From Candidatus Omnitrophota bacterium (GTDB lineage: Bacteria > Omnitrophota > Gorgyraeia > JAHJTE01), in assembly GCA_040753675.1 (NCBI GenBank), contig JBFMEB010000006.1, positions 4,561 to 68,560 of the forward strand: 64,000 nucleotides of DNA, written 5' to 3'. Of the stretch, positions 57,724 through 64,000 are shown one piece after another. The notes beneath the pieces are model-generated. The model ran no database searches. It saw only the letters and a list, made by a program, of their open reading frames with translations, and was not told where the DNA came from. Both the position numbers and the translations under genes were made by a program. Position 1 is the first letter of the stretch. Every line of letters begins with the position of its first letter.

Positions 57724-58920
57724 ATGAATGGAGAGATATTAGCTGTATTAGAGCATATAGAGCGCGAAAAAGGAATTAATAAAGAAGTTTTAATTGCTGC
57801 CGTGGAATCGGCTTTAGCTACTGCAGCGAGAAAATCAATCGGGGTAGCCCATACGCCGGGCGAGGACATCAAAGTTAAGTTAGATCCTGAGACTGGTAAG
57901 ATTAGCGTATATGTGGGTAAGGAGAAAGTGAATTCTGAAAATTTCGGCAGAATTGCCGCTCAGACAGCAAAGCAGGTAATAATTCAAAAAATCCGTGAGG
58001 CAGAAAAGGATGTAATATTCAATGAATTCCATAATAAGATAGGAGATATTGTCACTGGTACAGTATATAGATTTGATAAAGGCAGTATTATTGTTGATTT
58101 ATTAGGAAAGGCAGAAGGATTACTGCCTAAGAGTGAACAGTCTTCCAAAGAAGAATTTAGGCAAGGTCAGCGCATTTGCGCATTTTTACTCGATGTGCGG
58201 CGTGAATCCAAAGGGCCTCAGATAATACTCTCGCGCACAAATCCTAATTTAGTGCGCAAACTTTTTGAGTTAGAAGTTCCTGAAATCTACGAAGGGATTG
58301 TTGAGATTAAGGCGATTGCCCGCGAGCCCGGCGAGAGGACAAAAATTGCCGTATGGAGCAAGGATGAAAAGGTTGATTCAGTGGGTGCCTGTGTGGGGAT
58401 GCGCGGCAATCGAGTTAAGAATATAGTAACTGAACTGCACGGAGAAAAGATTGATATTGTTCGTTGGTCGTCTGACAGCGAAAGTTATATTTCCGCTGCT
58501 TTAAGCCCTGCCCAGATAAGCCAAATTAAATTTGAGAAAGACTCTCAGAAAGTAGAGATAATTGTTGAGAAAGACCAACTTTCTTTGGCAATAGGAAAGT
58601 TCGGGCAAAATGTACGGCTGGCAAGCAAGTTGACAGGTTGGAATATAGATATCCGCACCAAAGAGATGTTAGAACAAAAAGAGGCGAAGGCTAAGGAGGC
58701 TAAAGAAGAAACAAAGGAAATTACTGTTCAATCTGATATAATGACACTGAAAGGCGTAGGAGAAAAGTTGGCAGCCCTCTTGATAGATGCCGGCTTTAAA
58801 ACAATAGAATCCATAGCAAATGCTGATGTCGAAGGGTTGGTAAAGATTAAAGGCGTAGGAAATAAAAAGGGAGAAAATCTGATTAAAGAAGCGAAAAAAC
58901 AAACCAAAGGAAAAAGGTAG
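57724..58920 (+). CDS. nusA: Transcription termination/antitermination factor NusA. Start at ATG 57724
   Basis: MNGEILAVLEHIEREKGINKEVLIAAVESAL N-terminus, S1 domain and two KH domains. C-terminal HhH. Confidence 0.9.
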   Translation: MNGEILAVLEHIEREKGINKEVLIAAVESALATAARKSIGVAHTPGEDIKVKLDPETGKISVYVGKEKVNSENFGRIAAQTAKQVIIQKIREAEKDVIFNEFHNKIGDIVTGTVYRFDKGSIIVDLLGKAEGLLPKSEQSSKEEFRQGQRICAFLLDVRRESKGPQIILSRTNPNLVRKLFELEVPEIYEGIVEIKAIAREPGERTKIAVWSKDEKVDSVGACVGMRGNRVKNIVTELHGEKIDIVRWSSDSESYISAALSPAQISQIKFEKDSQKVEIIVEKDQLSLAIGKFGQNVRLASKLTGWNIDIRTKEMLEQKEAKAKEAKEETKEITVQSDIMTLKGVGEKLAALLIDAGFKTIESIANADVEGLVKIKGVGNKKGENLIKEAKKQTKGKR

Positions 58921-58935
58921 ATTCTTTAAATTAAT

Positions 58936-61113
58936 ATGAAAGTTCATGAATTAGCAAAAGAATTAGAAACAACTTCAAGCGAGCTTATTAAGACCTTAGC
59001 CTCATTAGGGATTAAAGCTAAAGATCATCTGAGTACGCTTACTGAAGCTAATGTTAAGAAAGCGCGTTTGAAATTTAAGTCCGCTCTTAAATCTAAGGCA
59101 AAAGAGGCGGCAAAGAAAACCAAGAAGAAAATAACAGTTAGTAAGGTAGTCAAAAAGAAAAAGAAAGAGAAAAAACCAAAAGAAAAGCCTTCTAAAAAAG
59201 TAAAAGAAACTCCCAAGACAGTTTCTTCCACTATAACTCCAATAAAGCCTGCGGCAGAAGTCGTCGTAGCAGAGCGCCCTCCTGTTAGCCCAAAAAAAGA
59301 AAAACCTATAATTGAAATTAAAGAAGAACGCATAGAAGAGCCTAAGAAGAAAGCAGAAAAACTTACTGAGGTTGAAGTAGGATTTCCTATCAATGTTAAA
59401 GATTTGGCGGTGAAGATTAATCAAAAAACCTCTCTCTTAATAAAGAATTTGATGGATAGGAAAGTATTTGTTACCATTAATCAGTCATTAAAAGATGAGG
59501 TTGCTAAAGAGTTAGCACATGATTTTGGATACGAATTGAAGCCGGCTCCGACGCGGGAAGAGAAATTATTAGCCGAACATCTTTCCCTTTCAACTAAGGA
59601 TTTAAAACCACGCCATCCGGTAGTAACTTTTATGGGACACGTTGACCACGGTAAGACTTCGATACTTGATTATATACGTAAATCAAAATTGGCTGATAAG
59701 GAACATGGTGGCATTACTCAGCATATCGGAGCATACGGCGTTACTTTGCCGAAAGGAAAAATTACGTTTCTGGATACTCCGGGCCACGAGGCATTCACTG
59801 CTATGCGGGCTCGCGGAGCTAACGTAACTGATATAGTTGTTTTGGTGGTAGCGGCAGATGACGGAGTCATGCCACAAACAATTGAGGCGATAAATCATGC
59901 TAAGGCAGCTAATGTGCCGATAGTGATTGCTATAAACAAAGCAGATAAAGCGCCTGAGAATGTGGATAACGTAAAGAGGCAGCTTATTAAATATGAACTA
60001 ACTGCAGAGGATTTGGGCGGTAAAACCATTACGGTTGCTGTTTCAGCCAAGACCGGCCAGGGAATTGACGAACTCTTAGAACTAATTCTTTTGGAAGCCG
60101 AACTTCTGGAATTAAAGGCTGATTTTTCAAAACCAGCGAATGGGGTAGTCGTTGAGTCGAATTTAAGTAAAGGCAGAGGAGTTGAAGTTACTGTCCTTGT
60201 CCAGCAAGGGGTTTTGCACCTGGGAGATACCATTTTAATTGAAGAGTATTGTGGTAACGTCAAGGCAATGTTTGACAGTTTAGGCAGGAATGTCTCACAG
60301 GCAGAGCCGGCAACAGCAGTAAAGATATTGGGTTTACCAGGGGTACCGCAGGCAGGCGAGAAATTCTATGTTGTTGCTGATGAAAAAATAGCCAGAGAAA
60401 TAGCCGAAAAGCGGCGCCAGATAAAACAAAAACAAAAGACAGCAAGCCGCGCCCATATTACGTTAGAAGATTTGCATAAGAGAATACAGGAAGGCAAGGT
60501 CAAGGAATTGCCTATAATTCTAAAGGCAGATGTCCAGGGTTCTGTAGAAGCATTGGCAGATTCTTTAAAACAGTTATCCACTGAAGAGGTCAAAATTACT
60601 ATAATTCATGCCGGCGTAGGAGAGATAAATTCTTCTGATGTAGTCCTGGCAGCTGCCTCTGACGCAATAATTATCGGCTTTCACGTTGAGCCTGATTCGA
60701 GGACAAAAGAATTCGCCCAGAAGGAGGGGGTTGAAATAAGGACTTACCGTATCATCTATGAGGCGATCCAGGAACTCAAAGCTGCATTGGAAGGCCTCTT
60801 AGAGCCGACAATTAGAAGAAAACTTATCGGTAGGATTTTAGTAAAAAAGATGTTTAATCTTACTAAGGCAGGCAAGGTAGCAGGTTGTTTTGTGCAAAAA
60901 GGAAAGGTGAGCCGTTCTAATATGGTAACTGTTTTAAGAAACGGCGAAAAGATTTTTGAAGGAAAAATTTCTAATTTAAAACGTTTTAAAGACGATGTGC
61001 GCGAAGTTGCCGAAAATATGGAGTGCGGAATTTCCTTAAGCGGATTTTCCGATATCCAAGAAGGAGACATTGTCGAGGCATTTGAGGAGGAGAGGATAGC
61101 ACGTAAACTTTGA
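58936..61113 (+). CDS. infB: Translation initiation factor IF-2
   Basis: Lys-rich N-terminal region. G-domain [22 protein letters not shown]-terminal beta-barrels. Confidence 0.95.
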   Translation: MKVHELAKELETTSSELIKTLASLGIKAKDHLSTLTEANVKKARLKFKSALKSKAKEAAKKTKKKITVSKVVKKKKKEKKPKEKPSKKVKETPKTVSSTITPIKPAAEVVVAERPPVSPKKEKPIIEIKEERIEEPKKKAEKLTEVEVGFPINVKDLAVKINQKTSLLIKNLMDRKVFVTINQSLKDEVAKELAHDFGYELKPAPTREEKLLAEHLSLSTKDLKPRHPVVTFMGHVDHGKTSILDYIRKSKLADKEHGGITQHIGAYGVTLPKGKITFLDTPGHEAFTAMRARGANVTDIVVLVVAADDGVMPQTIEAINHAKAANVPIVIAINKADKAPENVDNVKRQLIKYELTAEDLGGKTITVAVSAKTGQGIDELLELILLEAELLELKADFSKPANGVVVESNLSKGRGVEVTVLVQQGVLHLGDTILIEEYCGNVKAMFDSLGRNVSQAEPATAVKILGLPGVPQAGEKFYVVADEKIAREIAEKRRQIKQKQKTASRAHITLEDLHKRIQEGKVKELPIILKADVQGSVEALADSLKQLSTEEVKITIIHAGVGEINSSDVVLAAASDAIIIGFHVEPDSRTKEFAQKEGVEIRTYRIIYEAIQELKAALEGLLEPTIRRKLIGRILVKKMFNLTKAGKVAGCFVQKGKVSRSNMVTVLRNGEKIFEGKISNLKRFKDDVREVAENMECGISLSGFSDIQEGDIVEAFEEERIARKL

Positions 61114-61149
61114 AGCACAGATTAGCGCAGATTGTTTCTTAAGTAGCAA

Positions 61150-61330
61150 ATAGAAAGAATTCTTAAATTCCAATATACAATTACCAAATTCCAAACAATT
61201 TTACAATATCAAAATTACAATGACCAAAATAGAAAATCCTTAAGCTTTTTGTCTAGAATATTGGAATTTGGAATTTGTTTGTGATTTGTAATTTGGAATT
61301 TGTGATTTTGAGCTTTTCTTGCTACTCGTT
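61150..61330. repeat. 'caaattcc / ggaatttg' imperfect palindromic repeat element. Full element with both arms
   Basis: aaattccaatatacaattaccaaattccaaa...atcaaaattacaatgaccaaaa...ttggaatttggaatttgtttgtgatttgtaatttggaatttgtgattttgag. Confidence 0.8.
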
Positions 61331-61376
61331 GCTCGCTACTCTCTATTTTAAATAGTATATAAATAATTTTAAAAAC

Positions 61377-62360
61377 ATGATTAAGCAAAGAATACTGAGT
61401 GGGATGCGGCCGACAGGTAAGCTTCACTTGGGCCATCTTGCTGGTGCGTTAGACAATTGGGTGAAGTTACAGAATACTTATGAGTGTTTTTTTATGGTCG
61501 CTGATTGGCATGCCTTAATGAGCGAATATGAGGATACCTCTAAGATTAAAGGCAATATAATCGATAATGTTGCTGATTGGCTTAGCGTAGGAATAGACCC
61601 TGAGATTTCCACTATTTTTATCCAGTCTTGCATTAAAGAGCATCTTGAGTTAGGCATGATTTTTTCCTGCATTATTCCTTTGAGTTGGTTGGAAAGAATA
61701 CCTACTTATAAAGAGCAATTAAAAGAAATTAAAAACCGCGATATACATACCTATGGATTTTTGGGCTATCCCGTATTACAGGCTGCCGATATCTTAGTTT
61801 ATAATGCTGATGCTGTTCCAGTAGGGCTTGATCAATTGCCGCATTTAGAACTTACCCGCGAGATAAGCAGGCGTTTTAATCATATCTATAAAAAAGAGGT
61901 TTTTAAAGAGCCACTGGATATCTTGACGAAAAGCCCAAAGTTATTAGGTATTGACGGCAGGAAAATGAGCAAAAGTTATGATAATACAGTTAACCTTTCT
62001 GATAGCCCGGATACGATAAAGCATAAAGTGCTACAGATGATTACTGATCCGGCGCGTATACATAAATCTGACCCAGGACATCCTCAGCGCTGCAGCGTCC
62101 ATTCTTACTATGAAGTATTTTTCCCAGATTATGCTCCGACGGTTTCTGATTACTGTAAGAAAGCTTTAGTCGGTTGCAGGCAATGTAAGGAAGATTTAGC
62201 TAAGCGGCTAAATGAATTGCTTAAACCGATTAGAGAAAAAAGAAAAGCGTTGCTTTTAGATAGGGACAGAATAGAGAAAATTATAGAAAAAGGCAACGAA
62301 AGGGCACAGGCAGCAGCCAGCCAAGTAATGAAGACAGTCAAAGAAGTGGTAGGAATATGA
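61377..62360 (+). CDS. trpS: Tryptophanyl-tRNA synthetase
   Basis: SGMRPTGKLHLGHLAG (HIGH) and KMSKS motifs. Confidence 0.9.
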   Translation: MIKQRILSGMRPTGKLHLGHLAGALDNWVKLQNTYECFFMVADWHALMSEYEDTSKIKGNIIDNVADWLSVGIDPEISTIFIQSCIKEHLELGMIFSCIIPLSWLERIPTYKEQLKEIKNRDIHTYGFLGYPVLQAADILVYNADAVPVGLDQLPHLELTREISRRFNHIYKKEVFKEPLDILTKSPKLLGIDGRKMSKSYDNTVNLSDSPDTIKHKVLQMITDPARIHKSDPGHPQRCSVHSYYEVFFPDYAPTVSDYCKKALVGCRQCKEDLAKRLNELLKPIREKRKALLLDRDRIEKIIEKGNERAQAAASQVMKTVKEVVGI

Positions 62361-63097
62361 CCTATAGGATAAAACTGGATATTTTTGAAGGGCCATTAGA
62401 TCTTCTTTTGTATTTGATTAAAAGAAATGATATTAATATTTACGATATCCCCATTGCAAAGGTTACTGAGCAGTATCTACAGTATATGGAGTTGATGCGT
62501 CTTTTGGATTTAGAGATTGCTTCTGAGTTTTTAGTTATGGCAGCCACCTTAATCGAAATAAAATCCCAAATGCTACTGCCAAAAGAGGAAGCCCCTCAAG
62601 AGGAAGAACTAGACCCTCGCGCTGATCTCGTTAACAGATTGTTAGAATATCAGAAGTATAAACAGGTAGCTGAAACTTTAAGGCAGAGGGAACTTGTTTT
62701 TAAAGATGTTTTTAGTAGAAGGCCAGAGACTTTAGAAGAGAGAGAGTCGGGCGAGGTTTATTTTGAGGCAAGTCTATTTGATTTAATATCTGCTTTCACT
62801 AAGGCATTAAAAGAGGTACCCAAAGAAGTATTCTATGAAATTATTAAAGACGAGTTTACGGTTGAACAGAAGGTTCATGATATTTTAAGGTTGCTCTTAA
62901 ACGAGACGAATATTTATTTGGATGACCTTTTTGCCCAAGCAAAGAATAAATTAGAGATTATTGCTACTTTTTTGGCAATACTCGAATTAATTCGTTTACA
63001 GGAGATTACCGTAGCTCAAAAAGAGGCTTTTGGCCGTATCTTGATACGGCGCTTCGAAGAGCGGATAAAGCCGGCTAATTTTGCCCAAAACCAATAA
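62357..63097 (+). CDS. scpA: Segregation and condensation protein A
   Basis: FEGPLDLLLYLIKRNDINIYDIPIAKVTEQYL N-terminal ScpA signature. Confidence 0.85.
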   Translation: MTYRIKLDIFEGPLDLLLYLIKRNDINIYDIPIAKVTEQYLQYMELMRLLDLEIASEFLVMAATLIEIKSQMLLPKEEAPQEEELDPRADLVNRLLEYQKYKQVAETLRQRELVFKDVFSRRPETLEERESGEVYFEASLFDLISAFTKALKEVPKEVFYEIIKDEFTVEQKVHDILRLLLNETNIYLDDLFAQAKNKLEIIATFLAILELIRLQEITVAQKEAFGRILIRRFEERIKPANFAQNQ

Positions 63098-63098
63098 T

Positions 63099-64000
63099 AT
63101 GGAAAAAGAAAACATTAGTCCAGAAATTCTTAAATTACAAGAGACAGAGGAAGATGTAGTTTTAAACATCTCTCTGCGTCCTACAAAATTAAGCGAATTT
63201 GTTGGCCAGGAGGCGGCTTTAAGTTCACTAAGTATTGCTTTAAAGGCGGCAAAGGAAAGGAATGAACCATTAGAACACGCTCTTCTTTCTGGACCGCCTG
63301 GCTTAGGCAAGACTTCTTTAGCCCACATCATAGCCCACGAAATGCACTCAAATATTACTGCTACCTCAGGCCCGGCGATTGAGCGAGCAGGAGATTTGAT
63401 TGGGATTTTAACTAATTTAAACAAAGGAGATATATTTTTTATCGACGAAATTCACCGGCTTTCGCGTGTAGTAGAAGAGTTTCTTTATCAGGCAATGGAA
63501 AGTTTTCAGATTGATTTTGTTATAGATAAAGGCCCCTATGCAAAGACGATAAAATTTAATCTAAAACCCTTTACCCTTATCGGAGCTACTACCCGTTCAG
63601 GACTTCTAACTGCTCCGATGCGTAGCCGTTTTGGCTTACTTTTTCATCTTGATTTTTATCAGCCGCAAGAGATAGCTAAAATCGTTGCCAATTCAGCAAA
63701 GATTTTAGGCGTCGGCCTTGATGAAAAAGGTGCGTTAGAGATCGGCAGAAGAAGTAGGGGTACTCCTCGAGTTGCAAATCGCCTGCTTCGGCGTGTGCGC
63801 GATTATGCGCAAGTAAAAAAGATAGATAAGATAACCGATAAGGTAGCAGCCGATGCTTTAGATGCCTTAAACATTGACCAATACGGCCTTGACCAGCTTG
63901 ACCGAAAGGTGCTGCGTACTATTATTGAGCACTACGAAGGCGGGCCAGTAGGTATCGATTCTTTATCTGCTACATTAAACGAAGATGCAGATACGCTTGT
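63099..64000 (+). CDS. ruvB: Holliday junction branch-migration helicase RuvB. The N-terminal ~300 aa are present; the 3' end runs off the window
   Basis: LRPTKLSEFVGQE, Walker A GPPGLGKTSLA, Walker B FIDEIHRL, sensor TTRSGLLTAPMRSRFG. Edge-truncated, hence absent from the ORF track. Confidence 0.9.
   Translation, partial: MEKENISPEILKLQETEEDVVLNISLRPTKLSEFVGQEAALSSLSIALKAAKERNEPLEHALLSGPPGLGKTSLAHIIAHEMHSNITATSGPAIERAGDLIGILTNLNKGDIFFIDEIHRLSRVVEEFLYQAMESFQIDFVIDKGPYAKTIKFNLKPFTLIGATTRSGLLTAPMRSRFGLLFHLDFYQPQEIAKIVANSAKILGVGLDEKGALEIGRRSRGTPRVANRLLRRVRDYAQVKKIDKITDKVAADALDALNIDQYGLDQLDRKVLRTIIEHYEGGPVGIDSLSATLNEDADTL

Overview
This is a 64 kb low-GC (~35-38%) bacterial window in which every confident gene except the first lies on the + strand. 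It is probably from a diderm, because it carries an OmpA-family lipoprotein, a BamD/PilF-like TPR lipoprotein, an AsmA-like protein and an RseP protease. The phylum cannot be assigned from sequence alone.

Gene content:
- A truncated tRNA-dihydrouridine synthase runs off the left edge on the minus strand.
- 510-4874 holds a CDF transporter, lipoproteins, a divergent stand-alone L27-like protein and a peptidoglycan-binding protein.
- Two paralogous type IV pilus / T2SS-like modules are present. Module 1 runs PilB, PilC, four prepilin-type proteins including PilV-like and GspK/PilX-like, a PilM-PilN fusion, PilO and PilP. Module 2 runs PilB2, PilC2 and a pilin.
- Directly downstream of the second pilin is a GT2 / GT-C / GT4 / methyltransferase / TPR-GT-C locus, likely a pilin or surface glycosylation system.
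- 27-37 kb is a signalling island: a GAF histidine kinase with a degenerate GGDEF tail, CheY-type receivers, a second PilM-N/O/P set interrupted by a GIY-YIG gene, a GAF-ANTAR protein, a PAS histidine kinase and a REC-GGDEF-MshEN protein.
- 37-64 kb is housekeeping: def, pckA, serA, purA, H+-PPase, uppS, cdsA, dxr, rseP, ispG, a CpaF/TadA ATPase, proS, rimP-nusA-infB, trpS, scpA and a ruvB start.

The most unusual content is non-coding:
- Many intergenic regions carry long AT-rich imperfect palindromes built from short degenerate repeats, several in near-identical copies.
- Three four-helix-bundle ('23S rRNA IVS protein') genes sit inside such palindromes, two of them exactly at pilB-pilC junctions.
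- A conserved three-stem leader with compensatory base changes lies upstream of the pilin gene and uppS.
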